From positions 1 to 35,909 of the forward strand of contig JAFDDH010000066.1 of the NCBI GenBank assembly GCA_019310975.1: 35,909 bases of DNA, in the 5' to 3' direction. The translations under genes were made by a program, and so were the position numbers. This DNA comes from Deltaproteobacteria bacterium (GTDB lineage Bacteria > Myxococcota_A > UBA9160 > UBA4427). Position 1 is the stretch's first letter; the number at the start of each line of letters is the position of its first letter. The notes below the pieces were generated by a model. The model was not told the origin of the DNA, did not search any database, and worked only from the letters and a program-made list of their open reading frames with translations. Shown piece after piece: positions 8,513-17,174 of this stretch.

Positions 8513-9526
8513 ATGTCCATTGGCTACCCACCCGGCATGTCATATTCGAAAGAGCGTGAGGTGGCCGTTCGCGCCGTCGAGCAGGCGAGCCGGCTGTGTC
8601 AGAAGGTCCAGGCGAACCTCGTCGCGGACCACGCGCTCTCGAAGAAGGACAAATCCCCGGTCACTGTCGCGGACTTTGGCGCTCAGGCAGTGGTGACCCA
8701 CGTACTGAGTGGGTCGTTCCCCGACGTGCCGCTGGTGGGCGAGGAGGACGCCGCGGAGCTCCGCGAGGCGGAGAACTCCCCGCTGACAGACCAGGTGGTC
8801 GCGAATGTGCGCGAGATCGTGCCCGACCTCGACCGCGATACCGTTCTCGACCTGATCGATCGTGGGACCTATGCGGGCGGAGCGACCGGCCGCCACTGGA
8901 CCCTGGATCCGATCGACGGCACCAAGGGTTTTCTACGGCTGGAGCAGTACGCGGTGGCGCTCGCGCTGATCGAGAACGGCGAGGTCGTGCTCGGCGTATT
9001 GGGATGCCCCAACCTGCCGATTGATGCGAGCGCGCCCGAGGGTGAGCGGGGCTGTCTCTTCGTGGCCGTGAAGGGAGAGGGCGCCTTCGTCCGGCTGCGG
9101 GGCCGGGACGACGAGTTTCGGGTCTCCGTCACCGACGTGCAGGACACCGCGCGGGCCAGCTTCTGCGAGTCCGTTGAGTCGGCGCACTCCTCGCAGGATG
9201 ATTCGGCGAAGGTCGCGAAGCGGCTCGGCATCGTGGCGCCGCCCTACCGCATCGATAGTCAATGCAAATACGCCGCGGTCGGTCGCGGCGACGCCTCGAT
9301 CTATCTCCGACTGCCCACGCGAAAGGGCTACGAGGAGAAGATCTGGGATCATGCGGCCGGCTCGATGGTGATCCAGGAGGCCGGCGGCCGCGTGACCGAC
9401 GTGCGCGGCAAGGATCTCGACTTCTCGCTCGGCCGCACATTGCGCGACAACCTCGGCGTCATCGTTACCAACGGTCATGTGCACGATCGCGTGGTGGCGG
9501 CGGTGCGCGAGGTGCTCGGCGAGTAG
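8513..9526 (+). CDS. cysQ: 3'(2'),5'-bisphosphate nucleotidase (PAP phosphatase) of the HAL2/SAL1-like inositol monophosphatase superfamily
   Basis: 337-aa ORF carrying the IMPase-family signature WTLDPIDGTKGFL together with the downstream WDHAAGSMVIQEAGGRVTD. The overall layout resembles HAL2-type PAP phosphatases more than enterobacterial CysQ. Confidence 0.8.
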   Translation: MSIGYPPGMSYSKEREVAVRAVEQASRLCQKVQANLVADHALSKKDKSPVTVADFGAQAVVTHVLSGSFPDVPLVGEEDAAELREAENSPLTDQVVANVREIVPDLDRDTVLDLIDRGTYAGGATGRHWTLDPIDGTKGFLRLEQYAVALALIENGEVVLGVLGCPNLPIDASAPEGERGCLFVAVKGEGAFVRLRGRDDEFRVSVTDVQDTARASFCESVESAHSSQDDSAKVAKRLGIVAPPYRIDSQCKYAAVGRGDASIYLRLPTRKGYEEKIWDHAAGSMVIQEAGGRVTDVRGKDLDFSLGRTLRDNLGVIVTNGHVHDRVVAAVREVLGE

Positions 9527-9561
9527 CGCCGGATTGCCCTCGTGCCGTGCCGAGCCCGGGG

Positions 9562-9771
9562 CTAGGGCGCGGGCGGGCTCGCACTATCGTTGCAGTTGCA
9601 GAACCCGCATTGGGTCGAGTCCTTGTACATGTCCCACGTGTAATCAGCCGGGTCGGCGCCGCAGATCATTGCGCACTCGAGCTCGGTGGTGAGAATTCCG
9701 CTGCAGGAGCTCTCCCAATCCCAACCACAGCCGGCGGATAGCGCCGCCACCCAAACAACCAGCCATCTCAT
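9562..9771 (-). CDS. Small cysteine-rich lipoprotein of 69 aa, hypothetical
   Basis: ATG at 9771. The product is MRWLVVWVAALSAGCGWDWESSCSGILTTELECAMICGADPADYTWDMYKDSTQCGFCNCNDSASPPAP. It has a lipobox (LSAGC), and six further Cys remain in the approximately 55-aa mature part. Confidence 0.45.
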   Translation of the reverse strand: MRWLVVWVAALSAGCGWDWESSCSGILTTELECAMICGADPADYTWDMYKDSTQCGFCNCNDSASPPAP

Positions 9772-9934
9772 CTTCTGCCTGCCTCCGATTTGTTGGCCTG
9801 CCGCGGAGCGGGCCGCATGCGGGGTGGGGAGGATGACCCGAAGCGCCCACTTCCGCACGCGGAGAGCGTAGTCTAGGGTCTGACGATCCGTCAAAATTTC
9901 GACCCAGGCGGCCAAGCACAAGGGAGCGCTCTGC

Positions 9935-11900
9935 TTGATCCCGCGATTGCTAGAGACGCAGACCGAACTCCGTGCCCTCGTCCTGCTCTTGTGGCTGCTC
10001 CCGGCGGTGGTGACCTGTGGCAGCGGGTCCAGCGAATTCACGCAGCCAATCGGAGTCGGTGCACCGGCTGGATGGCCCACCTACGGCGGCGATGCCGGCG
10101 GGTCGCGCTTTTCGCCACTCGATCAGATTCACCGCGGCAACGTCGGGCGATTGCGTGTGGCGTGGACGTACCGAACCGGAGATTGGCCCGGCGCGCGCTC
10201 GGATCTTTCACGCACGACCTTCCAGGCGACACCCATCCTCGACGCGGGCACGCTCTACCTCTGTTCGCCCGCCAACCGAATCTTCGCCCTCGATGCGGAG
10301 ACAGGTGCCGAGCGCTGGATCTTTGACGCGAAACCCAGTTATACGGGTGGCTGGAGCCGGCGCGGCCGCTGGGGTCGACGCCGGGGGGGATTGCGCGCGG
10401 CGCGTCTTCATGGGCACGATGGACGCGCGCCTCGTGGCCGTGGACGCCGACACCGGCCTCGCGTGCGCCGACTTCGGCGAGGGCGGGTCGGTGGATCTCC
10501 TCGCCGGTCTCGGCGACGTGCATGCGGGCGAGACGTATATGACCTCCCCGCCCACTGTGGTGGGCGATGTGGTCGTGACCGCGGCGCTGGTGGCCGACAA
10601 CCGCCGCGTCGATTCGCCGGGTGGCGTGATTCGTGGCTTCGATGTACGAACCGGCCGTTTGCGCTGGTTTTTCGATCCGGTCCCGCCCGGTACGGAGCCG
10701 CTCGCACCGGCCGACGACGGCTCGCCGCGCTTTCATCGGGGCACGCCGAACGCCTGGTCGATCCTGTCGGCGGATCCCCTGCGCGGCCTCGTCTTCGTCC
10801 CCTTCGGTGCGGCGAGTCCGGATTTCTACGGTGGAGAGCGCGCTGGCTTCGACCACTACGCGAACGCCGTGGTCGCGCTCGACGCGGCGACCGGCGAACC
10901 GGTCTGGCGCTTCCAGGCCGTCCACCACGGACTCTGGGACTATGATCTGCCCTCGCAGCCCATGCTGATCGACGTCGTAGTGGATGGCGTCACGCGAGCC
11001 GCCGTCGCGCAGGCCACGAAAATGGGCCACATCTTTCTACTCGATCGTGCGACTGGAGAGCCCCTCTACCCGATCGAGGAGCGGCCGGTTCCGCCCAGCT
11101 TCGTGCCGGGGGAGGTCGCCGCCCCGACCCAGCCCTTCCCGACGTTCCCGGAGCCGGTCCACCCGCATCGGATCGATTCGGCTGACGTGTTCGGGATCAC
11201 GCCCCTCGATCGGCATCTCTGCCGGCGGGCACTGGCGAGGCACCGCAACGAGGGGATCTTCACGCCGCCGAGCTTCGAGGGCACGGTTCACTATCCGGGC
11301 ACGGCAGGCGGCATGAACTGGGGCAGCATGGCATGGGATCCGGAGCGCCGGCTCCTGGTGATGACTCAGAACCGCATCGCCCAGGTGCTGACGCTGATCC
11401 CACGCGGCGAGATGCCCGGCCTCACGCGCGCAAACCGCCCGCGCGGCATCTCGCTCCAAGAAGGAACGCCCTATTACATACGCACACAAGTCCTCTCCTC
11501 GCCTCTCGGCGTGCCCTGCTCGCCGCTGCCGTGGGGGACGCTGGTCGCCGTGGACCTCGAGACGGGTCGCAAGCGTTGGGAGATCCCCTTCGGCACGACC
11601 CGGGACCTGGTGCCGCTGCCCTTCGCGATGAATTTCGGTCTGCCGAGCATGGGCGGACCCATCCTGACCGCGGCCGGCCTCGTCTTCATTGGTGCGTCGC
11701 TCGATGACTACCTGCGTGCCTACGATGTCGAGACAGGTGAGAAGCTGCTCGAGATTCGTCTACCCGCCGGCGCCCAGGCCACGCCGATGACGTATCGCCT
11801 GCGCGAAGATGGGCGCCAGTACGTGGTGATCGCCGTCGGCGGCCACTCCACGCTGGGGACCACGCTGGGTGACTACGTGATGGCCTTCAGCCTGCCCTGA
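9935..11900 (+). pseudogene. PQQ-dependent (quinoprotein) dehydrogenase with a lipoprotein signal peptide. The reading frame is interrupted by a +/-1 frameshift at about 10350-10390, so this is either a pseudogene or a sequencing error.
   Basis: The frame starting at 9935 encodes a signal peptide with a lipobox (LPAVVTCGSG) and the conserved quinoprotein N-terminus WPTYGGDAGGSRFSPLDQIHRGNVGRLRVAWTYRTGD...TLYLCSPANRIFALDAETGAERWIFD. After WSRRG... it degenerates into Arg/Gly junk. The frame starting at 10017 carries the rest of a beta-propeller dehydrogenase (RRVFMGTMDARLVAVDADTGLACADFGEGGSVDL ... through to ...YVVIAVGGHSTLGTTLGDYVMAFSLP). The switch point coincides with a GGGGGGG homopolymer at 10383-10389. 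Confidence 0.75.
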
Positions 11901-11911
11901 TCCCGCCCCGA

Positions 11912-11984
11912 GCACTACCTCCGTGCACTACCTCCGAGCACTACCTCCGGGCACTACATCCGAGCACTACCTCCGGGCACTACG
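11912..11984. repeat. Tandem repeat: about 5.6 copies of a 13-nt unit (GCACTACCTCCGN). It fills the whole convergent intergenic region between the PQQ dehydrogenase and the aminotransferase.
   Basis: Direct reading gives gcactacctccgt gcactacctccga gcactacctccgg gcactacatccga gcactacctccgg gcactacg. The final copy overlaps the TAG stop of the aminotransferase gene on the minus strand. Confidence 0.85.
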
Positions 11985-13290
11985 TGGAAGCGAGCTGGAC
12001 GGCCACGCTCTCGAAGGCGGCCAGTGTCGTCTCGATCGCCCCGTCGTCGTGCGCCGCGGACACGAAGAACTTCTCGTGCGCCTTCACGATGCCCTGCTGG
12101 AGCAGCAGCTCCGTGAAGCGCGTGTTCATGGCGGCGTCGGCGCCCAGCGTCGAGCGGAAGTCGATGACTTCGGCGTCGGTGAACCACGGCTGGAAGGCCG
12201 CGGGCTCGCCGGTCACCTTCGCGACGATGCCGGCAGCCTCGAGCGAGCGCTGTAGCCCGTCCATCAGCCGGCGGCCCTTGGCGAAGAGACTCGCGTAGAA
12301 GCCTTCCTTGCGAAGCTCGCGTAGGGTGGCGAGTGCGGCCGTGCACGAGATGGAGTTGCCGCTGAACGTGCCCGTCTGGCGTACGTGGTCACCCTTCAGC
12401 ATCCGGCGCGGATCCGCGAGGTCCATGATGTCGGCGCGGCCGCAGAGCACGGAGATCGGGTAGCCGCTCGCAATCCCCTTGCAGAGCGCGGTGAGGTCGG
12501 GGACGACGCCGTAATACTCCTGAGCACCGCCGAGAGCGAGCCGGAAGCCGGTTACGACTTCGTCGTAGATCAGCACGATATCGTGATGGGTGCACAGCTC
12601 TCGAAGACCCTCGAGGAAGCCGGCGACGGGCGGAATCGTGCGCTGCAATGGCTCCAGGATCACGGCGGCCAGCTCGTGGTGGTGTTGCTCGATCAGGGCG
12701 CCGGTCGTCTCGATATCATTGAAGGGAGCGATCAGCACCTGGTCGAGGACGGCGCGGGGGATGCCGGCCGAGTCGGCGACCGGCGTGGGGTAGGTGCTGG
12801 GCTCGCGGGTCCACTGCGTCGTCATGAGCGCGTAGTCGTTCGTGCCGTGGTAGCCACCCTCGAGCTTGAGGATCTTTTCGCGGCCCGTGAAGGCGCGCGC
12901 CATGCGCATGGCGAAGAACGTGGATTCGGAGCCCGTACTGTTGAAGCAGACCTTGTCGGCGCAGGGCACGCACTCGACGATGGCCTCGGCGAGCTCGATG
13001 GCCGGCTCGTTGACCATCAGGTAGCTGCTGCCCTTGTCGAGTCGCTTCGCGACCGCCTCGACCACCGCGGGATGCGCGTGGCCGAGGAGCAATGGGCCCG
13101 AGCCCATCAGGTAGTCGATGTATTCGTTGCCGCTGATGTCGCGGATCCGACAGCCATGCCCACTCTCGGCCACCATCGCGTACTCTGGATCGAACGTGGC
13201 GCCGCGCACGCCGGACGGGAGATAGCGCGCCGCCTTCTCGAGCAGCTCCTTCTCGCGGGCGACTCGCGGCTTGCGCTGAAAGGCGGTCAT
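11980..13290 (-). CDS. Class III PLP-dependent aminotransferase (glutamate-1-semialdehyde 2,1-aminomutase-like family)
   Basis: 436-aa ORF. GNEYIDYLMGSGPLLLGHAHPAVVEAV aligns with the HemL/class III N-terminal motif. ILKLEGGYHGTND and the PLP-lysine context DLTALCKGIASGYPISVL are conserved. A non-canonical STGSEST replaces the SGTEA found in HemL. Confidence 0.8.
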   Translation of the reverse strand: MTAFQRKPRVAREKELLEKAARYLPSGVRGATFDPEYAMVAESGHGCRIRDISGNEYIDYLMGSGPLLLGHAHPAVVEAVAKRLDKGSSYLMVNEPAIELAEAIVECVPCADKVCFNSTGSESTFFAMRMARAFTGREKILKLEGGYHGTNDYALMTTQWTREPSTYPTPVADSAGIPRAVLDQVLIAPFNDIETTGALIEQHHHELAAVILEPLQRTIPPVAGFLEGLRELCTHHDIVLIYDEVVTGFRLALGGAQEYYGVVPDLTALCKGIASGYPISVLCGRADIMDLADPRRMLKGDHVRQTGTFSGNSISCTAALATLRELRKEGFYASLFAKGRRLMDGLQRSLEAAGIVAKVTGEPAAFQPWFTDAEVIDFRSTLGADAAMNTRFTELLLQQGIVKAHEKFFVSAAHDDGAIETTLAAFESVAVQLAST

Positions 13291-13300
13291 GTGGCTTCTC

Positions 13301-14497
13301 CTAGGGCTGGCTCTCCGGCTTCAGCCCGTAGTAGTCCATGTATTCGCCGAAGCGATCGAGGATCACCTGGTTCGTGATGCCGATCTCCAGAGCCTCGCGC
13401 GTGTACTCATGCCGGCCGTGCTTGTGCTGCGGGTTCTGCTCCTGCCAGGCCTGCAGGGCAAGCTCGCCGGCATCCGAGAGCGAGCGCCCGAAGTGACTGT
13501 AGATCGAGCGCACCGTGCCGACCGGGTCGGATACGAAGTCGCTGAAGTGGACATCATAGAACTGCGATGCGTCACGTTTGCGGCGCAGATCGATCGCGTC
13601 CTCCAGCCCGGTCGCCCACAGCTCGAGCTGGCGCCGCGCAATCTCCGGCTTGTCGATGGGCGCCTCGTTGAGGGCCCGGAACCCCGAAATCAAGCTGACG
13701 TAGGACGGAAAGACCGCGAGCGGGTCGCGGTGGGTCTGCACGATACATGCGTCGGGATAGATCTCGAGAAAGGTGCGCAAGAAGCGCACGTGCACCGGAT
13801 ATTTGAGCAGCCAGGGCCTTCTCGTGTCCGTCGAACCGATCAGCTTGAGGAGGTCGCGATGGCGTCGGTAGCTCATCAGCATATCCGCCTGCTGGTACCA
13901 CTCCGAATAGGAAGGGACGTGGTTGTTCACCTCGAAGCCGTCGTCGGTGAACTCCTGCATCAATAGGTGCCGGCACTCCTCCGGGCCGTCGGGCATCATG
14001 AAGTGCACCGCCTTGAGCGAGGCATCCGCCTCGTACATGGCGTCGATCTCGGCCTTGGCGCGCTGGAAGTCCGGGTTCGCCGCCCACTCGCTGCGCGCTG
14101 GGCGCGGCTGCGGATTGCAGGCCAGCCAGTACTGCAGGGGCTGTACGTCCGGGTCCTGACCCATCAGGTAGTGGAGGGCGGTGCTGCCGGTGCGCACCAG
14201 GCCGCAGATCACGATCGGGGCCTGGATCTCGTGCCCCAGGACTTCGGGTGCGGCGGCCCATTGCTCTTCCGCGCGTAGGCGCTTCACCAATGTGTCGAGC
14301 ACCATGCGTCGCGCCGCTGCGCGGCCGTAGTCGTTGAAGCGCGCCTCAGCGTCGTATGCCGCGAGCAGGATGCGCAGTCCCTCGAGGTAGGATGGGTCGC
14401 CGAAATCGTCCGACCCGGCAATCCGTGCAGCTTCTTCGTGCAGTGCATCCTCGGACTCGACAAATCCCATCGGGCTCCCTTCCGTCATCGCCGGCAT
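13301..14497 (-). CDS. PAPS-dependent sulfotransferase family protein (Sulfotransfer_3-like)
   Basis: I favour the start at MPAMTEGSPMGF (14497). An alternative ATG at 14470 has a better RBS (GGAAGGGAG). The long upstream extension in the ORF track (to 15031) is Arg/His-rich junk that overlaps the asd promoter. The 5'-PSB motif is ICGLVRTGSTALHYLM, and WLLKYPVHVRFL and RDPLAVFPSYVSLI fit the 3'-PB region of bacterial sulfotransferases. A 10-nt gap separates this gene from the downstream aminotransferase on the same strand, which suggests an operon. Confidence 0.75.
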   Translation of the reverse strand: MPAMTEGSPMGFVESEDALHEEAARIAGSDDFGDPSYLEGLRILLAAYDAEARFNDYGRAAARRMVLDTLVKRLRAEEQWAAAPEVLGHEIQAPIVICGLVRTGSTALHYLMGQDPDVQPLQYWLACNPQPRPARSEWAANPDFQRAKAEIDAMYEADASLKAVHFMMPDGPEECRHLLMQEFTDDGFEVNNHVPSYSEWYQQADMLMSYRRHRDLLKLIGSTDTRRPWLLKYPVHVRFLRTFLEIYPDACIVQTHRDPLAVFPSYVSLISGFRALNEAPIDKPEIARRQLELWATGLEDAIDLRRKRDASQFYDVHFSDFVSDPVGTVRSIYSHFGRSLSDAGELALQAWQEQNPQHKHGRHEYTREALEIGITNQVILDRFGEYMDYYGLKPESQP

Positions 14498-14590
14498 GGC
14501 GAGCAGGGTACGAGACGGGTTGTTCTGGTCAACCTCGGCCCGCGGGGTGAGTCGCCCCAAGGCCGTGCATCTGCTACCGAATCGAGCGCC

Positions 14591-15712
14591 ATGACGATTA
14601 GCAGAGTCGGATTCGTCGGTTGGCGGGGAATCGTGGGCTCGGTTCTGATGAATCGTATGCGGGCCGAGGGTGATTTCGCGGGCCTCGAGCCGGAGTTCTT
14701 CACCACCTCCCAGGTCGGTCAGGCGCCCCCCCGAGTCGGCGTCGACGCACCGCCCTTGGCGGATGCCTACGAGGTGGGGCGTCTGACTCGCCACGACGCC
14801 ATCGTCAGCTGTCAGGGTGGCGACTATACGAGGCACGTGCTGCCGCAGCTGCGCGAGGCGGGCTGGACGGGCTACTGGATCGACGCGGCCTCGGCGAAGC
14901 GGATGGATGATGACAGTGTGATCGTGCTCGACCCGGTGAACCCGCAGGTCATCGATGCGGCGATCGTCGATGGCTGCCTGAACTACATCGGCGGCAACTG
15001 CACGGTCAGTCTGATGCTGATGGCGCTGCACGGGCTCTTCCGTGAGGGATTGGTGGACTGGCTCTCAGCCATGACCTACCAGGCGGCATCCGGGGCCGGC
15101 GCGCGCAATATGCGCGAGCTGGTCGAACAGATGCGGGCCATCGGCGATGACGCGGCCAAGCTGCTGGATGACCCGGCGAGCACCGCACTGGCTCTGGATG
15201 AGCAGGTTGGCGCGACTCTTGGGAGTGACGCCTTCCCGAGCAAGCACTTTGGCGCACCCCTGGCCGCCAGCCTGATCCCGTGGATCGATGCCCCGATGGA
15301 GGGGGGTGAGACGCGCGAGGAGTGGAAGGGCTACGTCGAGGCCAACAAGATCCTCGGCTCGGCTTCGCCGATCCCGATCGACGGAATCTGCGTGCGCGTC
15401 GGCGCCATGCGTTGTCACAGCCAGGCGTTTACCGTGAAGCTTTCGCGAGCTGCTCCACTCGATGAGATTCAGGACATGCTGGCGGGGGCCAACGATTGGG
15501 TGCGCGTCGTCCCGAACGACGAGGCGTCGAGTATCGAGCAGCTCACACCCGCCGCCGTGACGGGCACGCTGGACGTGCCCGTCGGCCGCGTGCGCAAGCT
15601 GCGAATGGGCGACGACTACATCGGCTGCTTCAGTGTCGGCGACCAGCTGCTATGGGGTGCCGCCGAGCCGCTGCGACGCGTGTTGGCGATCCTGCGCGAG
15701 CGGAGCGCCTGA
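14591..15712 (+). CDS. asd: Aspartate-semialdehyde dehydrogenase (long, E. coli-type form)
   Basis: The start MTISRVGFVGWRGIVGSVLMNRM is near-identical in pattern to the E. coli Asd N-terminus MKNVGFIGWRGMVGSVLMQRM. The active-site region GGNCTVSLM is present. The start at 14591 was placed by homology, since the ORF track begins at an upstream GTG at 14438. Confidence 0.9.
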   Translation: MTISRVGFVGWRGIVGSVLMNRMRAEGDFAGLEPEFFTTSQVGQAPPRVGVDAPPLADAYEVGRLTRHDAIVSCQGGDYTRHVLPQLREAGWTGYWIDAASAKRMDDDSVIVLDPVNPQVIDAAIVDGCLNYIGGNCTVSLMLMALHGLFREGLVDWLSAMTYQAASGAGARNMRELVEQMRAIGDDAAKLLDDPASTALALDEQVGATLGSDAFPSKHFGAPLAASLIPWIDAPMEGGETREEWKGYVEANKILGSASPIPIDGICVRVGAMRCHSQAFTVKLSRAAPLDEIQDMLAGANDWVRVVPNDEASSIEQLTPAAVTGTLDVPVGRVRKLRMGDDYIGCFSVGDQLLWGAAEPLRRVLAILRERSA

Positions 15713-15734
15713 GCCCAGTAGGCCGGCTGCGCCT

Positions 15735-17144
15735 CTAGCCCCTCGGTGCGATGAGCTTCACGTCTCGCAGCGTCGTGTCGATGCCCGCCTGCACGCGCGG
15801 ATCGAGCATGAACGTGAGGTGCCCGCCCTGGTACCAGACCGTCTTTGCGTCATCCCAGTGCACAGCGAGATCGCGGATGTGGTCGGGTGGCACCAGCCGG
15901 TCCGAGATGCCGCCGAAGATCATCCGCCCAATCGGGGGTACCAGCGGCTCCATGGCGAGCGGCGCCACGACCTTCAGCACCTGCTGGACCAGCGCCTGAT
16001 CGATCTCAACGTGGGCGAAGTAGCCGAGCTGCTGCTTGGGTCCGTGGCGCCAGAAGATGCGCGCCAGATCGGACACCGGGACGCCGACCACCGCGCAGGC
16101 CAGGCCCGGCTCGAGGCACGCCAGCAGCGCCGTCGTGTAGCCGCCGAGAGAGAGGCCAGTGGCCCCGATTGCGCGCGCGCCCTGGCTCCGCGCCCAGCCG
16201 ATCAGCCGGCGGATATCCCAGATCGCCTGCGCCTCGGCGTGCACGCTATCGAGCACCTCGCCCGAGAAGAACCCGTCGCCGGAAATTCGCCCGATGCGAC
16301 GCGGGCCGTGCAGGGGCAGGACGGGAATCAGAACGTTCAGGCCGAGTGTTTCGTAGTAGTGCCAGAAGGTGCGCAGATCGATGGCCGGCAGGCCCGTCCG
16401 ATATCCGTTGTTGCAGATCATCCACGGACGATCGCCGTCGCGGTGACGCAGCAGGTAGGCGTGGCCGGTGCGCGTCGGCCCGTAGCCGAGCCAGCGCTGC
16501 CGACCGGGCTCCTGTGGATGCGGCGCGTAGCCGCTCTCGAAAGACAGGTGCTCGTACTGGATTCGCCCCGAGTGCGCGCTCTTCGAGGTCGGCTGCTCGA
16601 GTGCGGGTGGATCCATGTGGTAGCTCGTCGGGTCGGCCATCCAGCCGCGCTCACCGAAGAGCTCGCGCGCCGCACGGATCTCGCCGAGCAAGCGCCGTGC
16701 CTCGTCGCCCGTCGGCAGGCCGACGCTGAACTGCTCGAGGCCGAGCACGATCTCATCCGCGGCCACCTTCGCCGCGAGACCGAGCCCGGGCTCCGGGCGT
16801 GGCACCCCGGATAGGAAGGGCTCCTGGTAGACGGCGGCGCTGCCGGCGGCCAGCAGACACGCCACGGCGAGCGCAGCGAGCAGCGCCGAGGCGCCGAGGC
16901 CGAGCCAGAAGGCCCCGGGGATCAGGGCCAGCAACCCGATTGCACTGGCCAGCGCCATCGTCTGCGTGATGTGGACGTCTCCCGGCCAGAGTAGGTGCGC
17001 GATCCCCGCGGCCAGGAGCAGACCGCCGACGGGCAGCAGGAGCAGGAAGGGGACGAGCCCGATCTGCGCCGTGGTCCAGAGCCAGACCGTGCCCGCCACG
17101 ATCGGGATCCACGCCAGTCGCGGCCAGCGATGCTGCTCGTACAT
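15735..17144 (-). CDS. Membrane-anchored alpha/beta-fold hydrolase
   Basis: 469-aa ORF. The N-terminal region of about 110 aa contains three or four hydrophobic helices. The C-terminal domain carries the nucleophile elbow GATGLSLGGYTTALLA and later Asp/His segments (GGISDRLVPPDHIRDL...GGHLTF). Confidence 0.7.
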   Translation of the reverse strand: MYEQHRWPRLAWIPIVAGTVWLWTTAQIGLVPFLLLLPVGGLLLAAGIAHLLWPGDVHITQTMALASAIGLLALIPGAFWLGLGASALLAALAVACLLAAGSAAVYQEPFLSGVPRPEPGLGLAAKVAADEIVLGLEQFSVGLPTGDEARRLLGEIRAARELFGERGWMADPTSYHMDPPALEQPTSKSAHSGRIQYEHLSFESGYAPHPQEPGRQRWLGYGPTRTGHAYLLRHRDGDRPWMICNNGYRTGLPAIDLRTFWHYYETLGLNVLIPVLPLHGPRRIGRISGDGFFSGEVLDSVHAEAQAIWDIRRLIGWARSQGARAIGATGLSLGGYTTALLACLEPGLACAVVGVPVSDLARIFWRHGPKQQLGYFAHVEIDQALVQQVLKVVAPLAMEPLVPPIGRMIFGGISDRLVPPDHIRDLAVHWDDAKTVWYQGGHLTFMLDPRVQAGIDTTLRDVKLIAPRG

Positions 17145-17174
17145 GGTGGCGGACCTCTCGTGGCGGGCGATCGT

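Noticed and set aside
9552-9580. Inverted repeat GAGCCCG...CGGGCTC between cysQ and the Cys-rich lipoprotein gene, a possible bidirectional terminator
   Set aside because: The right arm lies inside the 3' coding end of the small lipoprotein gene and the loop is 15 nt. The signal is too weak to call.
10038-11030. 330-aa minus-strand ORF antisense to the PQQ dehydrogenase
   Set aside because: Arg/His/Gly-rich composition typical of shadow ORFs. The plus strand has conserved quinoprotein sequence.
11912-11984. Possible CRISPR array
   Set aside because: Although it is a regular short repeat, the units are directly abutting (a 1-nt variable position only) with no spacers, and no cas genes are present. 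It is a simple tandem repeat.
12385-13377. 330-aa plus-strand ORF antisense to the aminotransferase
   Set aside because: Shadow ORF. The minus strand encodes conserved class III aminotransferase motifs.
14498-15031. N-terminal 178-codon extension of the sulfotransferase ORF in the six-frame track
   Set aside because: The extension is Arg/His/Asp-rich junk that overlaps the asd promoter and start. The sulfotransferase homology and a plausible RBS begin at MPAMTEGSPMGF.
15633-16814. 393-aa plus-strand ORF (and 15845..16729) antisense to the membrane alpha/beta hydrolase
   Set aside because: Arg/Pro/Ala-rich shadow frames. The minus strand has a GxSxG hydrolase with TM helices.
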